From an uncultured Omnitrophica bacterium (lineage in GTDB: Bacteria; Omnitrophota; Gorgyraeia; JACQQV01): DNA of 64,000 bases. The notes under the pieces were generated by a model, which worked only from the letters and a program-made list of their open reading frames with translations, had not been told where the DNA came from and did no database searches. A program made the translations under genes and the position numbers. Shown piece by piece: positions 18,400-29,073 of this stretch; position 1 is the first letter of the stretch; each line of letters starts with the position of its first letter. The stretch is from contig CAMTXH010000006.1 of assembly GCA_947085655.1 (NCBI GenBank), positions 6,498-70,497 on the forward strand, read 5' to 3'.

Positions 18400-19523
18400 T
18401 AAAACTCCGCTATCTGCTTCAAATATCCTTGGACGTTCCGCTTGATCTCGGGAATGGAATCGCCGCCGAATTTCTCGAGGAAAGCATTCGCAATCTCAAA
18501 GGCGACGACCGCCTCCCCGATCACACCGGCTGCCGGTACCGTGCAAACATCGGAACGCTCCACCGTCGCCTTGACCGGCTCCTTGGTCGCGATATCGACG
18601 GAGGGAAGCGGATTGAGAAGCGTTGAAATCGGTTTCATGTAGGCGCGGAGGAAGATCGGTTCGCCGCTCGACATTCCCCCTTCGATTCCCCCTGAGCGGT
18701 TTGTGCCGCGATGGAACCCCTTCTTCTTGTCGTGATAAATGGCATCATGCACTTCGGATCCCCGTTTCCGCGATCCCGCCACACCGTCTCCGATCTCCAC
18801 CGCCTTCATCGCCTGAATGGAAAGAATCGCGCGGCCCAAACGGGCATCGAGTTTTCGGTCATAATGGACGTAACTCCCGAGTCCGACCGGAACACCGGTT
18901 GCAATCACCTCATAGACCCCCCCGAGCGTGTCCTTTTCCTCCTTTGCCCGGGTAATGGCCTCGACCATCCGTTTTTCCGCTTCAGGGTCTGCGCACCGGA
19001 CCTGAGAGTTCTCCGCGCGCTTTTGAATCTCATCGAACGAAAGTTTCTCCGTGTTTGCCTCAACCTCCCCGATTCGGATCACATGGCTGATGATCCGGAT
19101 GTTGAATTCCGAAAGAAAACGTTTGCAGACCGCGCCGACCGCCACACGGGCAGCCGTCTCCCGGGCGCTCGAGCGCTCAAGGACGTTCCGGATGTCCCGG
19201 TGGGCATACTTCAGCGCGCCGGTTAAATCGGCGTGGCCCGGCCGGGGCTTCGTGACCTTTGGGAGTTCGTTGATTTTGAAATCTTTGTTCTGAATCAAAA
19301 GCGCGATCGGACTTCCGAGGGTCTGGCTGTCCTTGACGCCGGAGAGAATTTCAACGGCATCTTTTTCAATCTGCATCCGGCCCCCGCGGCCAAAACCGAC
19401 CTGTCGGCGGGCAAGGTCCGCATTGATGGCCGTCTCGTTCAGTCCGAGTCCTGCCGGCATCCCCTCGAGTGTTGCCACCAGACACTTCCCGTGACTTTCA
19501 CCGCTTGTCAGGTAACGTAGCAT
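18399..19523 (-). CDS. aroC: Chorismate synthase
   Basis: 374 aa. [26 protein letters not shown] is the AroC signature N-terminus. Confidence 0.9.
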   Translation of the reverse strand: MLRYLTSGESHGKCLVATLEGMPAGLGLNETAINADLARRQVGFGRGGRMQIEKDAVEILSGVKDSQTLGSPIALLIQNKDFKINELPKVTKPRPGHADLTGALKYAHRDIRNVLERSSARETAARVAVGAVCKRFLSEFNIRIISHVIRIGEVEANTEKLSFDEIQKRAENSQVRCADPEAEKRMVEAITRAKEEKDTLGGVYEVIATGVPVGLGSYVHYDRKLDARLGRAILSIQAMKAVEIGDGVAGSRKRGSEVHDAIYHDKKKGFHRGTNRSGGIEGGMSSGEPIFLRAYMKPISTLLNPLPSVDIATKEPVKATVERSDVCTVPAAGVIGEAVVAFEIANAFLEKFGGDSIPEIKRNVQGYLKQIAEF

Positions 19524-19539
19524 GGTTCACCCCTTGCCG

Positions 19540-20319
19540 TTAAAAATAAAGGCTGAATCCCAAAAAATTCAGAATGTCCCTCCCCCACATCAAAGCAATC
19601 ACGCTCCCGAGCGAAAGAAACGGACCGTACGGAATGACTTCCACTCCCTTTCGGAATTTCAAAATGAGTCCGACGACGGAGCCGAAAAAAGGAGCCACAA
19701 AAAAGGCAACCAGGACCAGTTTCCACCCCAAGACCGCCCCGACCATGGCGAGGAGTTTGACATCCCCACCCCCCATGCTTTCTTTGCGGAAGAAAAAATT
19801 TCCTAAAAGACCTATCCCATAAATGGAACCACCGCCGACCAATGCCCCAAGAGCCGACTCCCAAAGAGAAAGCCAGCGGTTTTCGCTTGCGTGAAGCGCC
19901 GGCACCAAAAAACTCAAAACGAGCGCCGCGGCGAGTCCCCCGAGACTGATGACATCCGGGATAATTTGATGTTCCAAATCGATGAAACTGACCACAATCA
20001 GTGCCGCCCCCCACGCCGCGTAAATGAGGGACTGCTCTGTCAGCCCAAAGATAAGATAAAACCACAAAAAAATCCCCGCGGTGAGTAATTCCACCACCCA
20101 ATACCGCTTGGAAATCAGCTTCTTGCAGAACCGGCACCGTCCTTTTAGAAGTAGAAAACTTAAAAGCGGGATATTGTCGTACCAGGGAATCGGCCGCTTG
20201 CACCCGAGACAGTGGGAATGGGGCATGACGATCGATTCTTCCCTCGGCAGCCGGACAATGCAGACATTCAGAAAACTGCCGACGACCGAACCGAAGACAA
20301 AAGCCAGCGCTCCGATCAT
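19540..20319 (-). CDS. pilD: Prepilin peptidase (A24 family, PilD-like)
   Basis: Multipass membrane protein with a CxxC...CRFCKK zinc motif. The ATG at 20319 overlaps the aroE stop (ATGA). Confidence 0.7.
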   Translation of the reverse strand: MIGALAFVFGSVVGSFLNVCIVRLPREESIVMPHSHCLGCKRPIPWYDNIPLLSFLLLKGRCRFCKKLISKRYWVVELLTAGIFLWFYLIFGLTEQSLIYAAWGAALIVVSFIDLEHQIIPDVISLGGLAAALVLSFLVPALHASENRWLSLWESALGALVGGGSIYGIGLLGNFFFRKESMGGGDVKLLAMVGAVLGWKLVLVAFFVAPFFGSVVGLILKFRKGVEVIPYGPFLSLGSVIALMWGRDILNFLGFSLYF

Positions 20320-21170
20320 CCCCCGAGGGCCTCCCCCAGAGCTTTCCGCATCACTTCGAGCGGACTCCTTCGGCCTGTCCAAAGTTCAAAGGAACGGGCT
20401 CCTTGATGGAGAAGCATCCCTTTTCCGTCAATTCCCTGGAGCCCGCGGGACCTTGCCTGTCTTAAAAGGGCTGTTCCCTCCGGTGCATAGGAGAGGTCGC
20501 AGACCAAGAGTCCCGGATGAAGATCCCGCTCTTCAAAAAAAGAAAATTCCCTGACCGGGGTGGCATTCACCAGGATGTCGCACGGGGCGAGATACTCCTT
20601 TGCCAGTTCCCCGAGTCCCAGGTAGTATTCTTTTTCCTGACGCCCCTCCCGGTTTTCACCTGTGAGCAACGATTCCAAAATGTGGAACCGTTTCATCCGG
20701 ATATAGTAATAGCCGACAAAGGAAGCGCCTTCCTCTTTGAGTGCGATGGCAATCGCCTGGGCGGCCCCGCCGGCTCCGAGAATCAGAGCCTTTTTCTCTT
20801 TGAGAGAAACCGCCTGCTCTTTGAGAGACGCGACAAAGCCGCATCCGTCGGTTGAGTATCCGACAAGCCGGTTCTCCTCGACTTTGACCGTATTGACCGA
20901 GCAGGTCAACCGGACCTGGCGGTCAAGGAGATCCCCCCGCTCCACCATCCAGCGGTAGATGTGCGTTTTATACGGCACGGTGATATTGAAGCCGGAGATT
21001 CCCTCCGGACGAAGAGAGGCGAAAAAGTTCCTTGCGCTTTCTAAGGTGGGTCTTTCAAACGCCTCATAGGCAGCGTCCAGCCCCGCTGCCCGGAAGGCAG
21101 CGTTGTGCATGGCAGGAGAAGGACTCCGTGAGATGGGATATCCCAAAAGTCCGTACCGCTCACGGGTCAT
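20316..21170 (-). CDS. aroE: Shikimate 5-dehydrogenase
   Basis: YGLLGYPISRSPSPAMHNAAF N-terminus and a NAD(P) Rossmann fold (ALILGAGGAAQAIA). Confidence 0.85.
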   Translation of the reverse strand: MTRERYGLLGYPISRSPSPAMHNAAFRAAGLDAAYEAFERPTLESARNFFASLRPEGISGFNITVPYKTHIYRWMVERGDLLDRQVRLTCSVNTVKVEENRLVGYSTDGCGFVASLKEQAVSLKEKKALILGAGGAAQAIAIALKEEGASFVGYYYIRMKRFHILESLLTGENREGRQEKEYYLGLGELAKEYLAPCDILVNATPVREFSFFEERDLHPGLLVCDLSYAPEGTALLRQARSRGLQGIDGKGMLLHQGARSFELWTGRRSPLEVMRKALGEALGG

Positions 21171-22778
21171 TCACACCAATCCCTTTTTGGGAGGCCGTTT
21201 GACGCGTTGAGGGGTTCGGGCATGGAGATGTTTGTTGATGGCGGAAAGATACGCCTTCGCACTCGCTTCGATGATATCTGTGGAAGTCCCCCGCGCCGTG
21301 ATCTCCCTGTCGTCAAATTTCACCCGGAGGGTGACTTCTCCTTGCGCATCCTTTCCCCCCGTGACCGCCCGGAGGGAATAATCCAAGAGATGCCCCTTGA
21401 CGCCGGTGATCCGGTCAATCGTTCTGTAGCAGGCATCCACTGGGCCGTCCCCGGAGGAGGCATCCTGAAGCAGTTTGTCCTTGCTCTTCAGGCGGACGGT
21501 GGCTGTCGGAACGGTCCCGGTCCCGCTCGAGGTGTGCACGTAATCGAGCGTGTAAACCTCCGGGACCTTTGCGATCTCCCCCTCGATGATGGCGGAGAGA
21601 TCCCCGTCAAAGACCTCTTTTTTCTTGTCGGCGAGCTGTTTAAACTCCTCAAAGGCCCGCTCGGTCTGGGCCTGGGTCAGGTGGTAGCCCAATTTTTTGA
21701 GCCGTTCCGTAAAGGCGTGGCGGCCGGAATGCTTTCCGAGGACGAGCTTCGAGTCCCCGAAACCGACGGAGCGCGGGTCGATGATTTCATACGTCGTCCG
21801 GCGCCGGAGGATTCCGTGCTGATGGATGCCCGACTCATGACGGAAGGCATTGGCCCCGACCACTGCCTTATTCGGCTGCACCACGAGCCCTGTGAGGGTG
21901 CTGACCATCCGGCTTGCTTTCATAATTTCCTTGGCGTTGATATCGGTGTAAACCGGGTAAAGGGTCCGACGGGTCGCAATACCCATCGCAATCTCCTCAA
22001 GCGAGGCGTTGCCTGCCCGCTCCCCGATCCCGTTCACCGTGCACTCGACCTGCCGGGCGCCGTTCAATACCGCCGAAAGCGAATTCGCCACGGCGAGCCC
22101 CAAGTCATTATGACAATGGACGCTGATCACCGCCTTGTGGATATTCGAAACCTCCTCCCGCATGGAGCGGATGAGATCCCCGAATTCAAACGGCGTGGTA
22201 TACCCGACCGTATCCGGAATGTTCACGGTCGTTGCCCCCGCGGCAATCGCTCTTTCAACCACCTTGAAAAGAAATTCCCGGTTGCTCCGGGCCGCATCTT
22301 CCGGAGAAAACTCCACGTCCTCGACGACTTTTTTGGCATACCGGACCATCGCCTCCGCAATCCGCATAATTTCGCTCTCCGCCTTCCGGAGTTTGTACTT
22401 CATGTGAATGGGGCTGGTCGCAATAAAGACATGGATCCGCGGCCTCCGGGCCGGTTTCACCGCCTCATAGGCCCGGTCGATATCCTTCGGGATGGTCCGT
22501 GCCAGTCCGCAGATGATCGGACGGCGGATCTCCTGGGCAATCCGTTTCACCGCCTCAAAATCACCGGGGGAGGCGATCGGAAACCCCGCCTCAATGACAT
22601 CCACGCCGAGGCGGTCCAGCTGCCGCGCAATCTCGAGTTTCTCAGGGGTCTCCAGACTCGCTCCCGGACACTGCTCTCCATCTCGGAGTGTCGTGTCGAA
22701 GATGATCAGTTTTTCCTTCTTGCCCTTACCGGCCACTTTTGACTCCCGCTCTCTTGGGTTGTTGGTCTTCCCACGCAA
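21171..22778 (-). CDS. leuA: 2-isopropylmalate synthase / (R)-citramalate synthase family (LeuA/CimA)
   Basis: [23 protein letters not shown] motif plus a C-terminal LeuA-type regulatory domain. The real start may be GTG at 22736. LeuA versus CimA cannot be decided from the sequence alone. Confidence 0.75.
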   Translation of the reverse strand: MRGKTNNPRERESKVAGKGKKEKLIIFDTTLRDGEQCPGASLETPEKLEIARQLDRLGVDVIEAGFPIASPGDFEAVKRIAQEIRRPIICGLARTIPKDIDRAYEAVKPARRPRIHVFIATSPIHMKYKLRKAESEIMRIAEAMVRYAKKVVEDVEFSPEDAARSNREFLFKVVERAIAAGATTVNIPDTVGYTTPFEFGDLIRSMREEVSNIHKAVISVHCHNDLGLAVANSLSAVLNGARQVECTVNGIGERAGNASLEEIAMGIATRRTLYPVYTDINAKEIMKASRMVSTLTGLVVQPNKAVVGANAFRHESGIHQHGILRRRTTYEIIDPRSVGFGDSKLVLGKHSGRHAFTERLKKLGYHLTQAQTERAFEEFKQLADKKKEVFDGDLSAIIEGEIAKVPEVYTLDYVHTSSGTGTVPTATVRLKSKDKLLQDASSGDGPVDACYRTIDRITGVKGHLLDYSLRAVTGGKDAQGEVTLRVKFDDREITARGTSTDIIEASAKAYLSAINKHLHARTPQRVKRPPKKGLV

Positions 22779-23751
22779 ACATACTCCGAATCTCTTTTCC
22801 TACTTTTTCAATCAAATGGTTGTCATCCTCACGAAGCAGCTTGTTGAAGAGGGGCCTTCCCTTTTCATGCTCCGCGATCCACTCCTTTGCGAATTTCTCC
22901 GTTTGAATTTCTCTCAAAATGTCGCGCATGATTTTTTTCGTCTGTTCGTTAATCACCCGCGGTCCCCGCGTGACATCGCCGTATTTGGCGGTATCGGAGA
23001 CGCGCTGGCGCATTCCCTGAATGCCAGTTGCATAAATCATGTCCACAATCAACTTCAGCTCATGCAAACACTCAAAATAGGCGAGTTCCGGCTGATACCC
23101 CGCCTCCACGAGGGTCTCGAATCCCGCTTTGATGAGCGCCGAAACACCCCCGCACAAAACCGCCTGCTCGCCGAAATTATCCGTCTCTGTCTCCTCCTTA
23201 AAGGTCGTCTCCAAAACCCCCGCACGGGTGCTTCCGATCCCCTTGGCATACGCAAGGGCGGTCTTGAGTGCGTTCCCGGAGGCATCCTGATAGACTGCGA
23301 CAAGGCTCGGCACCCCTTTTCCCTCCACATAAAGCTGCCGAAGCCGCGAGCCGGGTGCTTTCGGGGCAATCATGAAAACATCCACCTCTTTCGGCGGCAA
23401 AATCTGCTTGTGATGAATGTTAAAACCGTGCGAAAAGACAAGTGACTTCCCCCGCGAAAGATGCTTGGCGACCGATTCCCGGTAAATCTGCGGCTGGAGA
23501 GGATCCTGCGTCAAAATTTGAATCAGGTCGCAGGTCTTCGCCGCCTCTTCCGCGGTCACCGGCGAAAAGCCGTCTGCGAGGGCCTGGTCATAATGAACGC
23601 CCCCTTTCCGCTGGGCAATCATTACCTCAAGACCGGAATCCCTCAGGTTCAGGGCCTGGCCCCGTCCCTGAATCCCGTAGCCGATAATGCCGATTTTCTT
23701 TCCCTTCAGGATGTTTAAATCCGCATCTTTGTCGTAATAGATTTTTGCCAT
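22726..23751 (-). CDS. ilvC: Ketol-acid reductoisomerase
   Basis: Start taken at ATG 23751 ([29 protein letters not shown]), which has an AAGGGGAAATA ribosome-binding site upstream. The upstream 33 codons of the track ORF are probably untranslated. Confidence 0.9.
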   Translation of the reverse strand: MAKIYYDKDADLNILKGKKIGIIGYGIQGRGQALNLRDSGLEVMIAQRKGGVHYDQALADGFSPVTAEEAAKTCDLIQILTQDPLQPQIYRESVAKHLSRGKSLVFSHGFNIHHKQILPPKEVDVFMIAPKAPGSRLRQLYVEGKGVPSLVAVYQDASGNALKTALAYAKGIGSTRAGVLETTFKEETETDNFGEQAVLCGGVSALIKAGFETLVEAGYQPELAYFECLHELKLIVDMIYATGIQGMRQRVSDTAKYGDVTRGPRVINEQTKKIMRDILREIQTEKFAKEWIAEHEKGRPLFNKLLREDDNHLIEKVGKEIRSMFAWEDQQPKRAGVKSGR

Positions 23752-23764
23752 TATTTCCCCTTGA

Positions 23765-23877
23765 GGGACGTTTCTAGTTCTGGCTCCAACCTGTCCCTTG
23801 TTCGTCCATCTATGGGACGTTTTTAGAAGTGTCCCTTGTCTCTCTGCCACGCTAAGGGCACTTCTTAAAAACGTCCC
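23765..23877. repeat. Palindromic repeat locus with three GGGAC-N-GTCCC units, two direct and one inverted. Unit 2 is about 90% identical to the locus-A arm.
   Basis: GGGACGTTTCTAGTTCTGGCTCCAACCTGTCCC, GGGACGTTTTTAGAAGTGTCCC and GGGCACTTCTTAAAAACGTCCC. Fills the ilvN-ilvC gap. The terminal unit overlaps the ilvN TAG stop. Confidence 0.7.
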
Positions 23878-24371
23878 TATTGCTTGACAGTCAGTTTGCC
23901 CTTGCGGGAAAGGGCGATGCGACCGCTCCGGACAATTTCAAGGATGCCGTACGGTTTCAAAAGTTCGAAGACCGAACGGATTTTGCTCTGGTCGCCGGTG
24001 ACCTCAATCGTTAGCGTGTTGGTGGAGGCATCCATCACCCTGCCTTGAAAAGCATTGACCGCCTCGAGAATCTGCGGCCGGTTTTTTGGGGTGACGCCCA
24101 CCCGGACAAGGACAATCTCCCGTTCCAACAGATCATCGGGTGGGATATCCTGCACCTTGATCACATCGATCAGACGGTTCAACTGCTTCTTCACCTGTTC
24201 CAGGGTCCGTTCATCCCCCTCCACCACAATGGTCATCCGGGAGACGGTCGGGTCCTCGGTCTCCCCCACCGCCAGCGAATCGATGTTGAAACCCCGTGCA
24301 CTAAAAAGTCCGGAGACCCGTGAGAGGACCCCGAACTGATTCTCGACCAAAACCGAAATGGTGTGTTTCAT
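23877..24371 (-). CDS. ilvN: Acetolactate synthase small (regulatory) subunit
   Basis: 164 aa with an ACT domain ([36 protein letters not shown]). Confidence 0.85.
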   Translation of the reverse strand: MKHTISVLVENQFGVLSRVSGLFSARGFNIDSLAVGETEDPTVSRMTIVVEGDERTLEQVKKQLNRLIDVIKVQDIPPDDLLEREIVLVRVGVTPKNRPQILEAVNAFQGRVMDASTNTLTIEVTGDQSKIRSVFELLKPYGILEIVRSGRIALSRKGKLTVKQ

Positions 24372-24380
24372 GATTTCATG

Positions 24381-26132
24381 TCAACTCAAACTCAGGTCCT
24401 CGGGAAGTTCCTCCGCGAATTTCCGATGCTGCGGCGTTCCGCCGTGCTCTTTGAGCGACTCGTAGGTTCCGAGCATCTCAGTGGCCGGCTTTCCGGGTGC
24501 AATCATCGGCCAACAGTTCTCCGTCTCCTCCACCAGGAAATTCATAATCACGGTATTGGGCGTCTTCAGCGCCTTCTCGATGGCGGGACGGACTTCTTCC
24601 CGCGTCTTCACCGTAATGCCCACCGCGCCGTACGCCTCGGCCAGTTTTGCAAAATCGGGCTGACCGACCATCTCGGATTGCGCATGGCGGCCCTTGTAGA
24701 AAAGGTCCTGCCACTGCCGCACCATCCCGTGATGGCGGTTGTTCATAATGGCCACCTTGACCCGGCAATTGTTTGAAACGGCGGTGGCGATCTCGTTCAA
24801 GGTCATCTCGAAACTTCCGTCCCCGTCAATATCAAAGACCACCTCGTTCGGACGGCCAAAAGAAGCGCCGATCGCGGCCGGAAAGCCGAATCCCATCGTG
24901 CCGAGACCGCCGCTGGTGAGAAACGACCGGGGCTTGTTGAATTGGTAAAACTGGGCGGCCCACATCTGGTGTTGGCCCACGCCGGTGGCGACCACCGCAT
25001 TCCCTCCCGTCGCCTCTGAAATCTGCTGAATGATATACTGTGGGAGGAGTTTGTCTTTTTCCTTGTAGACGAGGGGGTATTGGTCCTTCCACTCGGCAAT
25101 CTGTTTCAACCATCCGTTGGTCTCGCCCCGTTCCACGATTTTGTTCAACACCTCCAAGGTGGCGCGGACATCGCCTACAATGGGGATATCGATCGGAACG
25201 GTCTTGGAGATCTGCGAGGGGTCCACGTCGATCTGAATCTTTTTGGCCTTTTTCGCAAATTCATCCGGTTTGCCGGTCACCCGGTCGTCAAACCGCGCCC
25301 CCACCGCAATCAACAAATCGCACTCCCCCACCGCATAGTTGGTGTATTCGAACCCGTGCATCCCGAGCATCCCGAGAGACAAAGGATCCGTCTCCGGAAA
25401 TCCGCCGAGTCCCAAAAGCGTTGTCGTCACCGGAATCCGGGTCTTCCGGGCCAGTTCCGTCAGCTCCTTGGCTGCACCGGATGCAATCACGCCTCCGCCG
25501 GCATAGAGAACCGGACGCTTCGCCTTTTTGATCGCCTCCACCGCCTTCTTGACCTGACCGGCATGCCCTTCGAGCGTCGGCTTATATCCCCGGATGTTCA
25601 CCTCTTTCGGGTAGACAAATTCCGTCTCCGTGGTGCTGACATCAAGGGGAAGATCGATTAACACCGGTCCGGGACGTCCGGTTCTGGCAATGAAGAAAGA
25701 CTCACGTATAATTCGTGCCAGGTCCTTGACATTCTTCACCAGATAACTGTGTTTGACAATCGGCCGGGTAATGCCGATCGTGTCCGCTTCCTGAAAGGCA
25801 TCATTTCCAATCATAAAGGTCCGGACCTGTCCGGTAATCGCCACGACCGGGATGGAGTCCATGTAGGCGGTGGCGATGCCGGTGACCAAATTTGTTGCGC
25901 CGGGACCGGAGGTGGCAAGACAGACCCCCGCCTTTCCCGTTGCCCGGGCATAGCCGTCCGCCATATGGGCCGCCCCCTGTTCATGGCGACTCATGATGAC
26001 TTTAATGGGGGAATCGTACAAAGCATCAAATGTGGGAAGGTTTGCCCCGCCGGGAATTCCGAAGACAACATCCACCCCTTCCCGCAGAAGAGACTCCGCT
26101 AAAATCTTCGCACCGATGAGTTTTTTCACCAT
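24381..26132 (-). CDS. ilvB: Acetolactate synthase large subunit (thiamine-diphosphate enzyme)
   Basis: 583 aa with TPP-enzyme N-terminal, central and C-terminal domains (GIPGGANLP...GGLGTMGFGFPAAIGA). Confidence 0.9.
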   Translation of the reverse strand: MVKKLIGAKILAESLLREGVDVVFGIPGGANLPTFDALYDSPIKVIMSRHEQGAAHMADGYARATGKAGVCLATSGPGATNLVTGIATAYMDSIPVVAITGQVRTFMIGNDAFQEADTIGITRPIVKHSYLVKNVKDLARIIRESFFIARTGRPGPVLIDLPLDVSTTETEFVYPKEVNIRGYKPTLEGHAGQVKKAVEAIKKAKRPVLYAGGGVIASGAAKELTELARKTRIPVTTTLLGLGGFPETDPLSLGMLGMHGFEYTNYAVGECDLLIAVGARFDDRVTGKPDEFAKKAKKIQIDVDPSQISKTVPIDIPIVGDVRATLEVLNKIVERGETNGWLKQIAEWKDQYPLVYKEKDKLLPQYIIQQISEATGGNAVVATGVGQHQMWAAQFYQFNKPRSFLTSGGLGTMGFGFPAAIGASFGRPNEVVFDIDGDGSFEMTLNEIATAVSNNCRVKVAIMNNRHHGMVRQWQDLFYKGRHAQSEMVGQPDFAKLAEAYGAVGITVKTREEVRPAIEKALKTPNTVIMNFLVEETENCWPMIAPGKPATEMLGTYESLKEHGGTPQHRKFAEELPEDLSLS

Positions 26133-26151
26133 TCCCTCGTAAACTTAATAA

Positions 26152-27345
26152 TTATACAGAGGAAGGGTTCTCTTTGTCAATGGTAAGGGGCAAGACAAGG
26201 GGGGAGGGGTCCTGGTAGAAACGGGGTATGCGGCTTGAAAGCTGGGTAAGAAACTCATAAGGTATTGTATTATAAAGGGTTGTAAGTTCTTCTACCCGGA
26301 TCTCCTCCTTCTCCTGCCGGCCGATGAGGACCACTTCATCCCCGACCGATACGCCGGGACACTCTCCTACATCAACCATCATCTGATCCATACAGATCCG
26401 CCCGACCAGAGGAGCTCTTTTCCCCCGGACAAGGACGCTGCTTCGATTGGAGAGGAGCCGGTTGTATCCGTCCGCATAGCCGACCGGAAGGGTTGCGATG
26501 AGAGTCTCCCTGGAGGTGGTATAGGTTCCGCCGTAACTGATTTTTCTCCCTTTGGGCGTTTTCTTCAGATACACAATCCTTGAAAAAAAAGAGAGCGCCG
26601 GTTTCAACGAAAGGGTCTTCTTCTTCGGATCGGCATAACAGGGATCCACACCGTAAACCGCAAGCCCCGGCCGGACCAAGTTAAAATGGGACGCCGGATA
26701 ATGAAGAAGCCCCGCGGAATTGGCCATGTGAACAAAAGGCGGAAGAAGGGAATGTTTCTTTAAGGTCTCCGCCAGTTTTCGGAAACGTTCAATTTGAAGC
26801 GCTGTTTCGGCCGGGTCGGCATCGTCGGCGTTCGCAAGATGCGTATAAAGTCCCTCGAAAGATAAGTGGTTGAAGCGGCTCAAGGCCTGCGCCAGTCCGA
26901 ATGCCTCCTCATGCCAGACACCGATCCGTCCCATGCCGGTATCCACCTTCAGGTGAACCGGAATCCGTTTTTTCAAGCGCGCCGCTTTTTGGTCGAGCTG
27001 GCGCGCGCTCTCTTCCGTACAGACCGTCTGAATGAGATCGAACTCCATGACGGCCTCAATCTCATGCTCCAGAATTGTGCTTAACACCAAAATCGGGAGC
27101 CGGATCCCTTCTTGCTTTAAAAAAACGGCTTCATCAATGCTTGCGACGCCGAGGAAAGAGATTTCTTGAGTCTCAAGGAATCTTGCAATCTCGACGGCGC
27201 CGTGACCGTAGGCATTCGCCTTGACCGGAACCAATATTTCCGTCCCGGGACGGAGATGTTCGCGAATCCGGTCGAGGTTTTGGGTGATGGCTTTTAGGTC
27301 GATTTCGATCCAGGTGGGACGGTAGAAATCCTGTGGGCGTTCCAT
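26152..27345 (-). CDS. alr: Alanine racemase
   Basis: PTWIEIDLKAITQNLDRIR...VKANAYGHG pyridoxal-phosphate lysine motif. Confidence 0.85.
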   Translation of the reverse strand: MERPQDFYRPTWIEIDLKAITQNLDRIREHLRPGTEILVPVKANAYGHGAVEIARFLETQEISFLGVASIDEAVFLKQEGIRLPILVLSTILEHEIEAVMEFDLIQTVCTEESARQLDQKAARLKKRIPVHLKVDTGMGRIGVWHEEAFGLAQALSRFNHLSFEGLYTHLANADDADPAETALQIERFRKLAETLKKHSLLPPFVHMANSAGLLHYPASHFNLVRPGLAVYGVDPCYADPKKKTLSLKPALSFFSRIVYLKKTPKGRKISYGGTYTTSRETLIATLPVGYADGYNRLLSNRSSVLVRGKRAPLVGRICMDQMMVDVGECPGVSVGDEVVLIGRQEKEEIRVEELTTLYNTIPYEFLTQLSSRIPRFYQDPSPLVLPLTIDKENPSSV

Positions 27346-27373
27346 TTCGTTTTATTATACCACAAAACCGGGG

Positions 27374-27411
27374 ACAAAAAAAGAGGAAGGGACGAACCAT
27401 TCGTCCCTTCC
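27374..27411 (-). terminator. Rho-independent terminator: 11-bp GC-rich stem (GAAGGGACGAA/TTCGTCCCTTC), 3-nt loop, U-run on the minus strand
   Basis: Perfect inverted repeat at 27387-27411 followed, on the minus strand, by UUUUUUUGUCCCC. It sits downstream of the 27432-27851 gene. Confidence 0.7.
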
Positions 27412-27431
27412 TCAAACCTGCGACGGAGAAG

Positions 27432-27851
27432 TTACTTCGTCCCTTCCGTGGTGTAACTGGCTGGCTGGGCTTTTGTATCCGTCGTGTACCCCTTCGGATA
27501 CCGGCGGGGGACCAATTTTTCAACAAAGTTGTCCATTTTCTCCTGCCGGTCGGCTGCCAACTGTTTGTCAGGGGAACCGGGATGCCTTTGGGGTTTCAGT
27601 TTTTTCACCGGATTAACAAGCCACTTATCTACCTCTGCCTTCACACGTTGTTTTCTTTCATTCCACTTCTGTTTTTGTTCAGGCGTCATCTCGTTGGCTT
27701 TCGCCTCTCTTGCCCTTTGTTCCTCCGTCTTCATCTCCTCGCGGAGCCGTTTCGTTGTCACGGGTTTTTCGTTGGGAGCCCACGCCTCCGCCAGGGTGAC
27801 GCTGAAAAGAAAAAAGACTGCGCACCCAACTAACTTCCATACTCGTCTCAT
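27432..27851 (-). CDS. Small secreted lysine/glutamate-rich protein with an LTXXQ-like motif (possible Spy/CpxP-family periplasmic protein)
   Basis: Signal peptide MRRVWKLVGCAVFFLFSVTLAEA, then MTPEQKQKWNERKQRVKAEV resembling the LTXXQ repeat. Low-complexity, charged. The Spy/CpxP assignment is tentative. Confidence 0.45.
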   Translation of the reverse strand: MRRVWKLVGCAVFFLFSVTLAEAWAPNEKPVTTKRLREEMKTEEQRAREAKANEMTPEQKQKWNERKQRVKAEVDKWLVNPVKKLKPQRHPGSPDKQLAADRQEKMDNFVEKLVPRRYPKGYTTDTKAQPASYTTEGTK

Positions 27852-29050
27852 ATGACCTCCTTTCGGTTCGTCTGTTTTTCCCTGAAAATTCCGAGACTTG
27901 AGGTGTAGCCGTGAAGGTATGTTTTTCCGCCGACAGGGCCGATCTCGCCGTTGCAGAAAAACCCAGCGATCGCCGAAGGGCCGATGACAGAGCGGATCAT
28001 CTGGATGTCATGGTTCGGCTTTCCGTAAAGCCCCCTCCCCCTTCCCTGACAGCTGAAAAGAAGCATCCCGCGGGGTGGATCGCTCTTCAAAGAGGAGAGC
28101 TGGGACTCCAGAAGCGTCCGGAGATCCTCCTCGGATGTCTTGGCATCCCGAAGATGAAACTGGACCGTCTGACCCACCGACAAACGGTCTCCGATGATGA
28201 GCGCACCGGTGGTCGGGTCGGCTCCGATGATGTTCCGGATGAGAAAGTCCCCCCGCCCGAACTCGGACCTCATCTCATCCATCACCACACCGAGAAAAAG
28301 AGAATGTTGCGCCAAGACCCGATCCCGAAGAGAAAGACTCCCAAACAGTTCCTGAAGGACATCGACGGGGAATTTCCCTCCCAATTCCAATAGGGCATTT
28401 TCATCCGCTTTGGTAATGACAAACCGCTCCCCGATGGGACGGCACCCCTGCGAGACAATGGTGTCCAGAGAGATATTGCCGGTCAACGCAAGACCCACCG
28501 CCCCTTCCCGAATCACTTCGTCGTTCAGGAAGAGGAAATTCTGCCCCGCCTCGGTGGCACCGCTTGCAAGGCCTCCGATGACGGGACGCTCGCTGAAACC
28601 CTCGTTCAAATCATGAACCAGTTTCATCGCATCGCAGGTATACGGCTCGGGGATCAAGATGAAGGAGGGATGATCTTCCCGGGAGACGCCGATCCGTGTC
28701 GTCCACCGCTTTCCGACATTTCCGGAAAGTTCCAGTTCGATGGGGCTGACGGTAAAAGGATGAAGCAAGACCTCCGGGAGACGGGCCGCCACAAGCGACA
28801 TTGCCGGACGGAATTCAAGTTCCAGATCGTTTCCGATCACACCGCTCGAACTGCACCCGATCAAAATCGGATTTCCGAGTCCGTGCCGGAAACTCCGTAT
28901 CGCTTCCTCCCACGCTGTCTCATAATCGGGCGAGACAAAAAGAAAGACAAGGTGCGGAAGTTCCGAAAGGGACTTCCGGACCTCGATGGTCAGCTCGCTG
29001 AGCGCCTCAAGGGCGCTTTCTTTCTGGGTAATGGCCGAAACAAATTGCAT
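27848..29050 (-). CDS. FIST-domain sensory protein (FIST_N + FIST_C) with no recognisable output domain
   Basis: ~400 aa with the two-lobed FIST architecture. The start is either ATG 29050 or TTG 29092. Confidence 0.6.
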   Translation of the reverse strand: MQFVSAITQKESALEALSELTIEVRKSLSELPHLVFLFVSPDYETAWEEAIRSFRHGLGNPILIGCSSSGVIGNDLELEFRPAMSLVAARLPEVLLHPFTVSPIELELSGNVGKRWTTRIGVSREDHPSFILIPEPYTCDAMKLVHDLNEGFSERPVIGGLASGATEAGQNFLFLNDEVIREGAVGLALTGNISLDTIVSQGCRPIGERFVITKADENALLELGGKFPVDVLQELFGSLSLRDRVLAQHSLFLGVVMDEMRSEFGRGDFLIRNIIGADPTTGALIIGDRLSVGQTVQFHLRDAKTSEEDLRTLLESQLSSLKSDPPRGMLLFSCQGRGRGLYGKPNHDIQMIRSVIGPSAIAGFFCNGEIGPVGGKTYLHGYTSSLGIFREKQTNRKEVI

Positions 29051-29053
29051 CGT

Positions 29054-29064
29054 AATCTCTTTTG
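29054..29064. repeat. Single GGGACAGTCCC unit between tsaB and the FIST gene
   Basis: Same 11-bp palindrome as at 18348 and 18389. Confidence 0.5.
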
Positions 29065-29073
29065 GGACAGTCC

